Source of the DNA: a bacterium
GTDB lineage: Bacteria > JAAXHH01
Assembly: GCA_965202605.1 (NCBI GenBank)
Contig: OZ241838.1
Span: 1,647,817 to 1,711,816 of the forward strand
DNA length: 64,000 bases
Direction of reading: 5' to 3'
In this document: positions 17,603 through 27,093 of the stretch, piece by piece
How the letters are laid out: each line of letters begins with the position of its first letter
Position numbering within the stretch: position 1 is the first letter of the stretch
Made by a program: the position numbers and the translations under genes
Notes under the pieces: model-generated
The model's input: the letters and a program-made list of their open reading frames with translations, nothing else
Told to the model about the DNA's origin: nothing
Databases searched by the model: none

Positions 17603-18921
17603 GGTTTACGTAACTCCACAATGGACTCATACAACCGCGATCCTTTAGTCGTTTTGCCGGCTCGAACTGAGGAATCGACAATACTGCTTCCGACCCTAGA
17701 TTTACGAGGAGTATGTATTTCAACTGTATCCATGCCCCTGGATTCTGCTATTTTAGATAAGAACCTGTCAGTAGGAATTGTAACTCCCTGCAATATGCTG
17801 TTTCCAATTACAACTAGTGCAGTTGTTCCTCGGCGCAGGCACCAGTTCGCACCGTCGATAAATCTAACGCAGTCGTTGAAATACCTTGTAGCATAATTCG
17901 CCCAGCCCGCACCTCCATATACACCTTTATCAGGATTCATGTTTCTCACCTCTTCAATTGTTTCTTTGATATCCGCATCCTGAATCGTCGAATCGAGTTC
18001 GATTTGTGATCGATCTCTAGCATTCTGCCAATAAGAACCAAAGTTCAAGTGCTCAAGTTTTTTTAGATCCCCAGGACTATGACATAGTTCCAGCCAGTAG
18101 AGATGCGGCCTAGTATTACGATTGTAGTGATAGTTATTGAGATACGGTGGTGAAGTGATGAGAAGATCTATACTCTCCGGTTCAATTTGTTTAAACTCTT
18201 CAAAGAACGAGCTATTAATGACAGTGCCGTCACTCCTATTTGAGCGATTGCGAGACTTACTATACCAATGGGAATCCTCGGCTATTTGCGAGATCTTCCG
18301 AGCTATAGTTTCCAAAACTGGAAAATCACAAACATCTGGACGGCCCGCTGCTCTTTTTCGTCCCAAGCTAGGCTCGTAGGAGTAATTTGAATAGTCGACC
18401 ATCGTAGCAGCGAAAGCGACTCTAAAAAAATCAAAAAACTCTGTGTATTTTTGTTGCTTGATAAAATCCTGGTACAGCAAAACCTTTCGTAGGACATTCG
18501 GGCTAAAAAAAGGTACTCTTGTACGAAATCCTTTTGGAGCCGAAGCCTTGGGCTGCCAATTGCCGGATTCAGCATCTTTGGAGTATTCCTTGAAATCGGA
18601 GATTGCGCCTTGCAGTTTTTGTTGGTTAGTGTGATGCGACTCAAGTTTGGTTCTACAAACCATTGCAGCATATGGATTTATTTCAAACCCTATGGAGTCG
18701 TGTCCAGATATATCAGCCTCGACAAGGGTCGTCCCGACACCAGCAAACGGGTCTAATACTTTGCCAAAATCTGGTAGGTGTCTTCTAATTGCATCTTCAA
18801 CAAATTGGTACGAATAGCCTGCAATCCATGGTACCCAGCGATGTATAGGTGCATCCCTATTCGCCATGAATGCAGGATCGCTGAAACCCGTACTGTTTTT
18901 CTTTAAAGGTGTTTTTCCCAT
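17599..18921 (-). CDS. DNA methyltransferase, amino type (N6-adenine or N4-cytosine; SPPY motif IV with N-terminal FAGVGTT motif I), cognate to the GIY-YIG endonuclease.
   Basis: LDPFAGVGTTLVEA (motif I) near the N-terminus and LLITSPPY (motif IV) near residue 250. Operonic with the endonuclease. Confidence 0.75.
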   Translation of the reverse strand: MGKTPLKKNSTGFSDPAFMANRDAPIHRWVPWIAGYSYQFVEDAIRRHLPDFGKVLDPFAGVGTTLVEADISGHDSIGFEINPYAAMVCRTKLESHHTNQQKLQGAISDFKEYSKDAESGNWQPKASAPKGFRTRVPFFSPNVLRKVLLYQDFIKQQKYTEFFDFFRVAFAATMVDYSNYSYEPSLGRKRAAGRPDVCDFPVLETIARKISQIAEDSHWYSKSRNRSNRSDGTVINSSFFEEFKQIEPESIDLLITSPPYLNNYHYNRNTRPHLYWLELCHSPGDLKKLEHLNFGSYWQNARDRSQIELDSTIQDADIKETIEEVRNMNPDKGVYGGAGWANYATRYFNDCVRFIDGANWCLRRGTTALVVIGNSILQGVTIPTDRFLSKIAESRGMDTVEIHTPRKSRVGSSIVDSSVRAGKTTKGSRLYESIVELRKP

Positions 18922-18985
18922 AACAAGTTATAAACTACGTTGCGCACTCTAACACTTGACTTGTTCAATTAGTGGTGTGTCACCA

Positions 18986-19924
18986 TCAATCGCTTCCTAT
19001 GGTCCTTTCAAGATAGGCCTTCAGCCGCTCCCATGCGTCCAGGGCGGGTTCCTCGTTCTTCGGGTCGCGATCCACGTACAGCCAGAACCCGTGATTGACG
19101 TCGTCGTATATATGCACGTCGTTCTCCACGCCGGCCTCGCGTAGCGCGGCGACGAAGCGTTCCACCTGTTCGGGGGACGGACCGCGGTCGAGCCCGGCAA
19201 ATGTGCCGTAGACCTCGTGGTGTATGGACTTCAACCGCTCGGGATCGTCGAGCAGGCGTCCATAGAAGATGGCCGTGGCGTCGTGGTTTTCACCGCCCAG
19301 GGCGTAGCTCAGGGCGACCCCGCCGCCATAGCACCAGCCCATGGCCCCGATCTTGCCGTTCACGTCCGGGCGTCCCCGCAGATAGGCCGCGGCTGCGTCC
19401 AGGTTGCGGATGATCTTGTCCATGTCGTCCAGCGTTTCCCGTACGAGGGCCATGTTCTCGTCCCGGTTGCTCCCCGTTCGGCCGGAATACAGGTCGGCCG
19501 CCAGCGCGACGTAGCCCTCTGCCGCCAGGGCGTCGGCCACCTGCCTGACGCGGTCCACGAGACCGTTCCATTCATGAATGAGAATTACGGCGCCCCGGGG
19601 ACCCGGACCTTCCGGTTCGGCCAGATAACCTCTCGTGGCCGGGTCTTCTTCGAAATAGGCCAGGTCGCTGCCGAGAGGCGCGCCGGCCTTTCCGACTATG
19701 GCGTCCGGAATCCGGCCACCGGGCGTCGGTTCGAAGGGGATCTGCTGCCCATGGACCGGCAGCCCCGCGCCGGCGAGAACGACCGCTCCCGCGGCCAGGA
19801 TCATGACTTTCATCGAAGGAATGAACATGTGTTTTATCATTTGCCCGCACTCCTTGGAAAGACGGTAACAGGCCGCACCGCAGCCGCCGACGTCGAACCA
19901 TGCTGCCCATTTAGAGGTTTCCAT
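18986..19924 (-). CDS. Dienelactone hydrolase-family protein, secreted.
   Basis: Signal peptide (MKVMILAAGAVVLAGAG), alpha/beta hydrolase motifs (ILIHEWNG, GAMGWCYGG). Probable true start around 19837. Confidence 0.8.
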   Translation of the reverse strand: METSKWAAWFDVGGCGAACYRLSKECGQMIKHMFIPSMKVMILAAGAVVLAGAGLPVHGQQIPFEPTPGGRIPDAIVGKAGAPLGSDLAYFEEDPATRGYLAEPEGPGPRGAVILIHEWNGLVDRVRQVADALAAEGYVALAADLYSGRTGSNRDENMALVRETLDDMDKIIRNLDAAAAYLRGRPDVNGKIGAMGWCYGGGVALSYALGGENHDATAIFYGRLLDDPERLKSIHHEVYGTFAGLDRGPSPEQVERFVAALREAGVENDVHIYDDVNHGFWLYVDRDPKNEEPALDAWERLKAYLERTIGSD

Positions 19925-20027
19925 CCAAATCGGCCTGCAATATACTTATAGCACGCGCGCTAATCAATCGTGAAATCTGCCGCCGCGTCAACTGTCCCCA
20001 CCTACTGACTCCCATCCAGGAGACCGC

Positions 20028-20783
20028 ATGAAGAACCGCCTGAAGGAGAAACTGCGCAACGGCGAAGTGACCTATGGCGTATCTGTCGGAACCCCCTGTA
20101 ACGACATCGTGGAACTGGTATCGAACCTGCCCTTCGACTGGATCTGGTTCGACGCCGAGCACGGTCCCACGAACACGGAAATGCTCCATCCCATGATCCA
20201 GGCAACCCGGGGCCGGGACGTCACCCCGCTCGTCCGCGTGCCCTGGAACGACCTGGTGCATATCAAGAAGGCGCTGGATATCGGCGCGGAAGGCCTGATC
20301 ATTCCCTGGGTCAACAACCGGGAACAGGCCGAATACGCCGTCCGCGCGGCCAAGTATCCGCCCATGGGTATCCGCGGCATGGGCGCCCGTTTCCTCAACA
20401 TTTCCGGGGACGACGTGGCGGAATACATCCGCACCGCCAACGAGGAAACTTTCATCATGGTCCAGATCGAGACCGTCGAGGCCGTGGAGAACCTGGATGA
20501 GATCCTTACCACCCCCGGCGTGGACGCCTTCCTGGTGGGTCCGAACGATCTCGCGGCCTCCCATGGCTACGTGGGCCAGCCGGTCCATCCCGAGATGGAA
20601 AAGGTGGTCGAGGGGATTATAACCCGGGCGAAGGAACTCGGCGTGCCAGGCGGATACGCTTACATCTCTATGGACGCCAACAGGCAGCGTATCGCGCAGG
20701 GCTTTCAGTGGATCACGCTGGGAAGCGATATGGGCTTCCTGGCCCAGGCGGCCCGGGCGGCATTCGCTGAAGTTGGAAGGTAG
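20028..20783 (+). CDS. HpcH/HpaI-family 2-keto-3-deoxy-acid aldolase.
   Basis: FDWIWFDAEHGP and the class II aldolase fold. Confidence 0.85.
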   Translation: MKNRLKEKLRNGEVTYGVSVGTPCNDIVELVSNLPFDWIWFDAEHGPTNTEMLHPMIQATRGRDVTPLVRVPWNDLVHIKKALDIGAEGLIIPWVNNREQAEYAVRAAKYPPMGIRGMGARFLNISGDDVAEYIRTANEETFIMVQIETVEAVENLDEILTTPGVDAFLVGPNDLAASHGYVGQPVHPEMEKVVEGIITRAKELGVPGGYAYISMDANRQRIAQGFQWITLGSDMGFLAQAARAAFAEVGR

Positions 20784-20798
20784 CGGACGGGCACTTGA

Positions 20799-20873
20799 TC
20801 AGGACCGCTAGACCAGGACCGCTAGACCAGGACCGCTAGGCCAGGACCGCTAGGCCAGGACCACTCCACCGGG
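20799..20873. repeat. Tandem 13-mer (ccaggaccgctag) x5-6 between the convergent aldolase and hisD genes.
   Basis: Direct visual repeat: ...caggaccgctagaccaggaccgctagaccaggaccgctaggccaggaccgctaggccaggaccact. Confidence 0.8.
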
Positions 20874-20961
20874 ACTGAATGAAGCGACTTTGACGGGTCA
20901 GGACGGTACCAGACGCCCCGGGGTTTCTGACCCGCCGGGCTGGTCCGGTGAAGGGAAACTG

Positions 20962-22323
20962 TCAGTCGTTGCTCCGGTCGCTGGAGAGTCGTCTTCTGAT
21001 GGCCATGGCGTGGGCCGACAGGCCTTCCGCGTCCGCGAGCCTGATCGCGGCCGGGCCCAGCCGTTTCTCGGCCTGCTCGTTGACCGCGAAGAGGCTGGTT
21101 ACTTTAAGGAAATCCCTGGTGCTCAAGGGGGAGAAGAACCGGGCGCTGCCCCCGGTGGGCATGATGTGGCTGGGACCGGTGACGTAGTCGCCGAGGGCTT
21201 CCGAGGAATGTTCGCCCACGAAGATCCCTCCCGCGTGCCGGATCCTTTCCACCAGCGGCCAGGGGTCCGCAACCAAGAGGCACAGGTGCTCCGGCGCGTA
21301 GGCGTTCGCCAGTTCGACCGCCTCGTCCAGGCTCGAAACGAGCACGATCCCTCCGTTCTGGTCCAGGGAAGACCGGATTGTATCCGCCCTGTCCAGTTCA
21401 GACAGTTGCCCGTCCACCGCGTGCTGAACCGCCAGGGCCAGCGTGGACGACGGCGTGATCAGTATGGCACTCGCCATGGGGTCGTGTTCGGCCTGCGCCA
21501 GCAGGTCGGCCGCGGCGTAAGCCGGATTGGCCGCCTGGTCGGCGATGAGCAGCGTCTCCGTGGGGCCGGCGAGCTGGTCGATGTCCACGATCCCGTACAC
21601 CTGGCGCTTGGCCAGGGTCACGAAGATGTTCCCCGGTCCCACGATCTTGTCCACCCGGGATATGGATGCGGTGCCGTATGCCACAGCGGCGATGGCCTGG
21701 GCTCCGCCCATCCGGTAGACTGTGGCGGCGCCCGCCACGGAAGCAGCGGCAAGGACAACCGGCGCCACCGCGCCGTTCCTGCCGGGAGGTGTGGCCACGA
21801 CGACCTCGCCGACGCCGGCGACGCGGGCGGGAATCACGGCCATCAGCAGCGAAGAAGGATAGGCGGCCCCTCCGCCGGGTACGTAGACGCCCACCCGGTC
21901 CAGCGGCCGTACGATCTGCCCGGTACCGCCCGCTTCATCCCAGTGCGTCCAGGATTCCGAAGGCTGTCTTTCATGAAAGGAACGGATGCGGCCGGCCGCT
22001 GTTTCCAGGGCATCTCGCAACCCTGCGGGCAGCGATTCCAGCGCCTCGTCGATCTCGCATCCAGGAACTTCGAAGGCGTCCGGGGCGCTTCCGTCCAATA
22101 GCCGGGCATAATGCCTTACCGAAGCGTCCCCGTTTTCCCGGACGTCATCGATGATTTTCGCAACCGCCTGTTCCGCGGTCAGGGCCTCGCCGAACAGTTC
22201 CCGGTTCCGTTCTTCGATAGCGGGACCCGATATCGCCTCGCTCACCGGCCGCCGCTTCAGGATGCTGGATCCGGCCTCGTCGGGGGTCAGTATCCGGATG
22301 TTCATTTGTTCCACTCCACTCAT
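20962..22323 (-). CDS. hisD: Histidinol dehydrogenase.
   Basis: Full-length HisD similarity ([22 protein letters not shown]). Confidence 0.95.
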   Translation of the reverse strand: MSGVEQMNIRILTPDEAGSSILKRRPVSEAISGPAIEERNRELFGEALTAEQAVAKIIDDVRENGDASVRHYARLLDGSAPDAFEVPGCEIDEALESLPAGLRDALETAAGRIRSFHERQPSESWTHWDEAGGTGQIVRPLDRVGVYVPGGGAAYPSSLLMAVIPARVAGVGEVVVATPPGRNGAVAPVVLAAASVAGAATVYRMGGAQAIAAVAYGTASISRVDKIVGPGNIFVTLAKRQVYGIVDIDQLAGPTETLLIADQAANPAYAAADLLAQAEHDPMASAILITPSSTLALAVQHAVDGQLSELDRADTIRSSLDQNGGIVLVSSLDEAVELANAYAPEHLCLLVADPWPLVERIRHAGGIFVGEHSSEALGDYVTGPSHIMPTGGSARFFSPLSTRDFLKVTSLFAVNEQAEKRLGPAAIRLADAEGLSAHAMAIRRRLSSDRSND

Positions 22324-22333
22324 ATCAAGCCTG

Positions 22334-23377
22334 CTAAGCCGACGCGGGCCTCAGCGGCTTAAGCGCTTCGAGAACGGGACCGCAGCCGAATTTCACGCAG
22401 TCCGTCGCTGGAAGGCCGGTCTCCTGTTCGACGCGGTCCACCTCGCGCCGGGCATCGCCCATGGACATGCCGATACAATTAAGCGATACCGCAACGACCC
22501 GGCAGGGAAAGAGCGGCCGGGCAATGGCCTCGTGGACGCGGATCATCTCCTCGTAGGTCGGAACCTTCACGGGCAGGTTGCGCATCACGTCCCTCCCCGG
22601 CTGGTGGCACAGCACCAAGGCCTGCGGCGCCGCGCCGTGAAGCAGGCCCAGCGATACGCCCGAATAGGAAGGATGCAGGATCGTGCCCTGGCCTTCGATG
22701 ACCAGCAGTTCCCGGTGCTTTCGTTCCAGCACGAGCCGTTCCACCGCACCGGAGATATAGTCCCCCGCCACGGTATCCACCGCGATGCCGGACCCCGCGA
22801 TCATGATCCCGGTCTGGCCGGTTGCCACGAATTCGGCGTCCCAGCCGGACTCGCGGGCCGCCCTGCCGATCTCTATCGCGGCTATCTTCTTGCCGATGCT
22901 GGAATCGGCGCCGACGGTCAGCACACGCAGGTTGGGGAGGCCGTGGACCAGGTGCCGCCCCACGTCCAAATCGTCGGGCGGCTGCCGCACGTCCCACAGG
23001 CGCACGCCTTTCTGTTCGGCGTGCCGGGCGAATGCCTCGTCTTCGTTCAAAAAAGTGTGGAGCCCGTTTATCACCTCGAGTCCGTGCTCGATCGCCTCGT
23101 GGATGACCGCCCGCCAATCTTCAGGCAGGACGCCGCCCGGCGTCGCGATGCCGATGACCAGCGAGGTCGGGTCAAACGCAAGCGCGTCCCGCAACGTCGC
23201 CACGACCGGGATGCCCTGCCCGATTTCGAGCAGGTCTTCCAGCTTCATGCCGGCGTGCACGCTGTCGAGTACCGCCACGGTTTCCTCGGGCTTGTAGCGG
23301 ATAAGCGACGCGGCCGTCTTGGAGGAGAACGTGCCCAGCAGCCCCTCCGTGAGAATGACCATTCTCCTGGGTTCCAT
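22334..23377 (-). CDS. DUF1611-family protein (DgcN-like putative N-acetyltransferase).
   Basis: DUF1611 Rossmann-like motif (VGADSSIGKK). This is a family-level call only. Confidence 0.7.
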   Translation of the reverse strand: MEPRRMVILTEGLLGTFSSKTAASLIRYKPEETVAVLDSVHAGMKLEDLLEIGQGIPVVATLRDALAFDPTSLVIGIATPGGVLPEDWRAVIHEAIEHGLEVINGLHTFLNEDEAFARHAEQKGVRLWDVRQPPDDLDVGRHLVHGLPNLRVLTVGADSSIGKKIAAIEIGRAARESGWDAEFVATGQTGIMIAGSGIAVDTVAGDYISGAVERLVLERKHRELLVIEGQGTILHPSYSGVSLGLLHGAAPQALVLCHQPGRDVMRNLPVKVPTYEEMIRVHEAIARPLFPCRVVAVSLNCIGMSMGDARREVDRVEQETGLPATDCVKFGCGPVLEALKPLRPASA

Positions 23378-23390
23378 GTTCCGGCGGCCC

Positions 23391-24422
23391 TCAGTTCAGC
23401 GATACCACGCGCCCGGATTCCTGGGATTCCGTGGCGGCGTCCAGCACTTTCATCAGTTCCAGCATTTCCACGGGCTTGACGGCGAGTTCCTCCCCGCGGC
23501 GCAGCGCGGCCGCGATGTTCCGGTAGTAGTCCACCCAGCTGCCCCTCACCGGGTCCAGGGTCATTTCCACCGCCTCGCCGTCCCGTTCCGCGGCGACCCG
23601 GACGCGGTCTTCCGGCGCTTCCTCGGCGGACTCGATCATCCCCTTCTTCATCCAATCTTCCTGGGGGTCCAGGCCGGTCTTGACGAGGGAGCCCCGGGTG
23701 CCCAGCACGTACCAGTGGGGCTTGGAAATATGGGACAGATTGCTGATTTCCATGCGATATTCGGCACCGTCTTCGAAGTACAGAGCGCAGGTGACATGGT
23801 CCTCGATGTCCCCCTCCCACCGGTATTTGTGTCCCTTGCAGTGCACCGCCGCGGGGCGGGAGGACAGCAGTTGCAGCCCCTGGTCGATCAGATGGGCGCC
23901 CCAGTCGTAGAGCAGGCCGCCGCTTTCCGCCCTATTCGTCCGCCAGCCCCTGGAAGCCCGGAATCGATGTACCGCCCTTTCTACCAGGAAGGGATCGCCC
24001 AGCAGGCCGTCTTCCACCGCCTTGCGCACAGTCAGATAGCCCCAGTCCCAGCGGCGGTTGTGGAAAACGCTCAGCATGACCCCGCACCGCTGGCTGACCG
24101 CGATCATGGTCTCGGCTTCGGCGGCCGACATGCACATGACCTTGTCGACGACCACGTGTCTCCCGGCCTCCATGGCCTCGATGGCCAGGGACGCGTGGGT
24201 ATGATGGGGCGTGGCCAGGATGACCAGTTGGATATCGTCGTCCGCCAGGAGATCGGTCAGGGTTTCAAAGGTGTCCACGGACCAGTCCCGCCGCGCCTGC
24301 GCGCGTCGTTCCGGGTCCCGGCTGGCAACGGCAGCCAGTTTCAACCCGTCGGTCCGCGAGACCAGGTAGGCATGGAAGAATCGACCCGCCAGTCCGTAGC
24401 CCACGATGGCCGTTCGTATCAT
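23391..24422 (-). CDS. Gfo/Idh/MocA-family NAD(P)-dependent oxidoreductase.
   Basis: MIRTAIVGYGLAGRFFH N-terminal Rossmann motif. The track start at 24548 lies inside the intergenic repeat array; the ATG at 24422 is preferred. Confidence 0.8.
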   Translation of the reverse strand: MIRTAIVGYGLAGRFFHAYLVSRTDGLKLAAVASRDPERRAQARRDWSVDTFETLTDLLADDDIQLVILATPHHTHASLAIEAMEAGRHVVVDKVMCMSAAEAETMIAVSQRCGVMLSVFHNRRWDWGYLTVRKAVEDGLLGDPFLVERAVHRFRASRGWRTNRAESGGLLYDWGAHLIDQGLQLLSSRPAAVHCKGHKYRWEGDIEDHVTCALYFEDGAEYRMEISNLSHISKPHWYVLGTRGSLVKTGLDPQEDWMKKGMIESAEEAPEDRVRVAAERDGEAVEMTLDPVRGSWVDYYRNIAAALRRGEELAVKPVEMLELMKVLDAATESQESGRVVSLN

Positions 24423-24564
24423 GACGCCAATCCCGTACCCGCGTCTGTGGACACGGGTCTTTTCATTGCAAGTTGCGCTGAACCAGAAGCTACGCCGAAC
24501 CGGTTCGTTTTTCGTCAATTTACTCCGCCCGATACACGGGTTGGTCACGCCCCGGCGCGCAGGC

Positions 24565-24661
24565 GGTCACACCTGACGTCGCGCCGATGCACGTCTCGGT
24601 CACACCAGACGTCGGGCCGATGCATGTGGCGGTCACCCCAGACGTCCCGCCGATGCAGCGG
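24565..24661. repeat. Three tandem 33-bp repeats (ggtcacaccNgacgtcNNgccgatgcaNNNNNN), each containing a GACGTC palindrome, in the divergent promoter region between the Gfo oxidoreductase and the sulfatase.
   Basis: Repeat copies at 24565-24597, 24598-24630 and 24631-24661, with conserved core and variable ends. Confidence 0.8.
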
Positions 24662-24831
24662 GAACAATATACGGGATGGACCGGATGCATGGCAAACGCC
24701 AATTGGGCCGGGAGGGCGGGGCAGAATATGCGTGACAATCCGTCTGCGGGACGCTAAGTTGCCAGTTCGTTCGACCCTTTCCCATCCGATGAAACGCGTA
24801 CGGGCTAACCCCCCGAACTCCGGACCTGGCC

Positions 24832-26238
24832 ATGGCAACACCGAGACCGAACGTCCTCTGCGTACTTACCGACGACCAGGGCGTCTGGGCGGCGGGCTGC
24901 TATGGCAACGGGGAAATCCGTACCCCGAACATCGACCGGATCGCGGATACCGGGGTACGGTTCGACCGGTTCTTCGTGGCCACGCCGGTATGTTCGCCCA
25001 GCCGCGCGACGCTGCTCACCGGGCGGATCGCCTCCCAACACGGCGTGCACGACTGGATCCGGGGAGGCAATGTCGGAGACGGCGCGGCATCTTACCTGGA
25101 AGGCGAAACCACCTACACCGACGTGCTGGCGGCCCACGGATGGAGATGCGGTCTCAGCGGCAAGTGGCATCTGGGCAACAGCACGTTGCCCCAACACGGA
25201 TTCTCCCACTGGTTCACCCACCAGTTCGGCGGCGGCCCCTACAATAACGCCCCTATGGTCAGGAACGGCGTCCCGGTGACCGAACCGGGATACGTCACGA
25301 ACGTCATTACCGACGACGCGCTGGCCTTTATCGACCGACACGCCAACCGCGATGACCCCTTCTACCTGGGCGTTCACTACACCGCGCCGCACAGCCCGTG
25401 GACGGGCCATCCCCAGGAGATCGTCGATTCCTACGACGATTGCCCCTTCGAATCCTGTCCCCAGGAACCCGTTCATCCCTGGGCGGGCGGCCTGACCCGC
25501 GAGAACGTGGGAGACAGGGAAAGCCTGAAGGGCTACTTCGCGGCCGTTACGGCCATGGATCTCGATGTCGGCCGCCTGCTGGACCGGCTCGATCATCACG
25601 GTATCCGGGAGAACACCCTGGTGATCTTCCTGAGCGACAACGGTTTCAGCCTGGGACACCACGGGTTCTGGGGCAAAGGCAACGGGACGAATCCGCTGAA
25701 CATGTACGAGAACTCCATACGGGTTCCCGCGCTGATCAGCCAGCCGGGGCGCCTGCCCCGGGGCACCGTGCAGCCGGCGATGATCAGCGCCTACGACTTC
25801 ATGCCCACGCTGCTGTCGTACCTGGACCTTCCCGTACCCCGGGACCGTGACCTGCCGGGACGCGACGCCGTGGACACCTGGACGGGGCAGGCCGGACAGC
25901 CGGATGCCGGCCGTGACCATGTCGTGGTATTCGACGAATACGGCGGCACGCGCATGATCCGCACCGAAACGTGGAAATACGTGCACAGGTATCCCGGCGG
26001 ACCAAACGAACTGTACGACCTGGAGAACGATCCGGACGAGCGCGCCAACCTTGCGGACGATGCGGGTTATGCCGACAGGCGAAGATCGCTGCACGGCGAA
26101 TTGGAAGGCTGGTTCGATCGATATGCCGACCCGGAGCGTGACGGGCGAACCCGGCCGGTCACCGGGCTCGGGCAATTGCGCCCCGTCGGCGGGGCATGGG
26201 ATGACGGATCGCCGGCCTTTGAACCCCTGGACACGTGA
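24832..26238 (+). CDS. Arylsulfatase-family sulfatase (formylglycine-dependent).
   Basis: VLTDDQG metal-binding motif and the TPVCSPSRATLLTGR sulfatase signature (C-x-P-x-R). Confidence 0.9.
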   Translation: MATPRPNVLCVLTDDQGVWAAGCYGNGEIRTPNIDRIADTGVRFDRFFVATPVCSPSRATLLTGRIASQHGVHDWIRGGNVGDGAASYLEGETTYTDVLAAHGWRCGLSGKWHLGNSTLPQHGFSHWFTHQFGGGPYNNAPMVRNGVPVTEPGYVTNVITDDALAFIDRHANRDDPFYLGVHYTAPHSPWTGHPQEIVDSYDDCPFESCPQEPVHPWAGGLTRENVGDRESLKGYFAAVTAMDLDVGRLLDRLDHHGIRENTLVIFLSDNGFSLGHHGFWGKGNGTNPLNMYENSIRVPALISQPGRLPRGTVQPAMISAYDFMPTLLSYLDLPVPRDRDLPGRDAVDTWTGQAGQPDAGRDHVVVFDEYGGTRMIRTETWKYVHRYPGGPNELYDLENDPDERANLADDAGYADRRRSLHGELEGWFDRYADPERDGRTRPVTGLGQLRPVGGAWDDGSPAFEPLDT

Positions 26239-26249
26239 AGGAGGGCGGG

Positions 26250-27011
26250 ATGGCAGAGAGCAAAATCGCCGTAACACTATATACCCTGCGCGACTTCGTG
26301 CAGACGCCGGCCGGCATCGCGGACACCTTGAAAAAGGTCAAGGCGATCGGCTACAATCACATCCAGCTTTCGGCCCTGGGACCGGTAGACCCCGCGGAAC
26401 TCGGCGCCATGATCCGGGACGCCGGCCTGCGCGTCTGTGCCACGCACGTGTCCTTCGAACGGCTGCAGGATGAACTCGATGCGGTCATCGGGGAGCACCG
26501 CCTCTGGGGATGTGAGCAAATCGCCGTCGGTTCCATGCCGAGGTCCTACTGGGACGATCCGGACGGGTTCTCACGGTTCGCCGAGGACGCGTCGGTCGTG
26601 GCGATCAGACTGAAGAAAGCCGGCATGTCCTTCAGCTACCACAACCACCATACGGAGCTCGTGCGGGTAGGCGACCGGACCGGCCTGGCTATTCTCATCG
26701 AGGACAGCGACCCCGCCCTGTGCTTTGAAATCGACACCTACTGGATCCAGCACGGCGGGGGCGATCCGATCCACTGGATCGAACGGGTCGGAAACCGGTG
26801 CCCGGTCATCCACTTCAAGGACCTGGGCGTGTCGGGACGGGAACAGGTCATGGCCGAGGTCGGCGAGGGCAATATGAACTGGCCCGGCATCGTCGCCGCC
26901 TGCGAGGCCGCGGGCAGCCGGTGGTACGTGGTCGAACAGGACACCTGCGCCGGAGATCCCTTCGACAGCATTGCCATCAGCTACCGCAACATGACCGCCA
27001 TGGGACTTTGA
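26250..27011 (+). CDS. Sugar phosphate isomerase/epimerase (xylose isomerase-like TIM barrel).
   Basis: AP-endonuclease-2/TIM-barrel family motifs. AAGGAGG with a 5-nt spacer precedes the ATG at 26250. The track GTG at 26235 overlaps the sulfatase stop. Confidence 0.75.
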   Translation: MAESKIAVTLYTLRDFVQTPAGIADTLKKVKAIGYNHIQLSALGPVDPAELGAMIRDAGLRVCATHVSFERLQDELDAVIGEHRLWGCEQIAVGSMPRSYWDDPDGFSRFAEDASVVAIRLKKAGMSFSYHNHHTELVRVGDRTGLAILIEDSDPALCFEIDTYWIQHGGGDPIHWIERVGNRCPVIHFKDLGVSGREQVMAEVGEGNMNWPGIVAACEAAGSRWYVVEQDTCAGDPFDSIAISYRNMTAMGL

Positions 27012-27093
27012 AACCGGTCCCGGTCGTTTTGTCGTTCCAGATATTCGTTCCCGTATTCGTACCTGCGGCCACGTAATTCGATTCGAGGGAAAG

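Noticed and set aside
20799-20873. CRISPR array call for the tandem repeat clusters (also 24565-24661, 27901-27960, 48330-48385)
   Set aside because: The units are 9-33 bp and directly tandem, with no unique spacers of 25-40 bp and no cas genes; these are microsatellite or operator-like repeats.
20890-25247. Several 400-640-aa plus-strand ORFs (20890..22101, 22151..23479, 23319..25247)
   Set aside because: They are antisense to the hisD, DUF1611 and Gfo genes and span the intergenic repeat array; no motifs.
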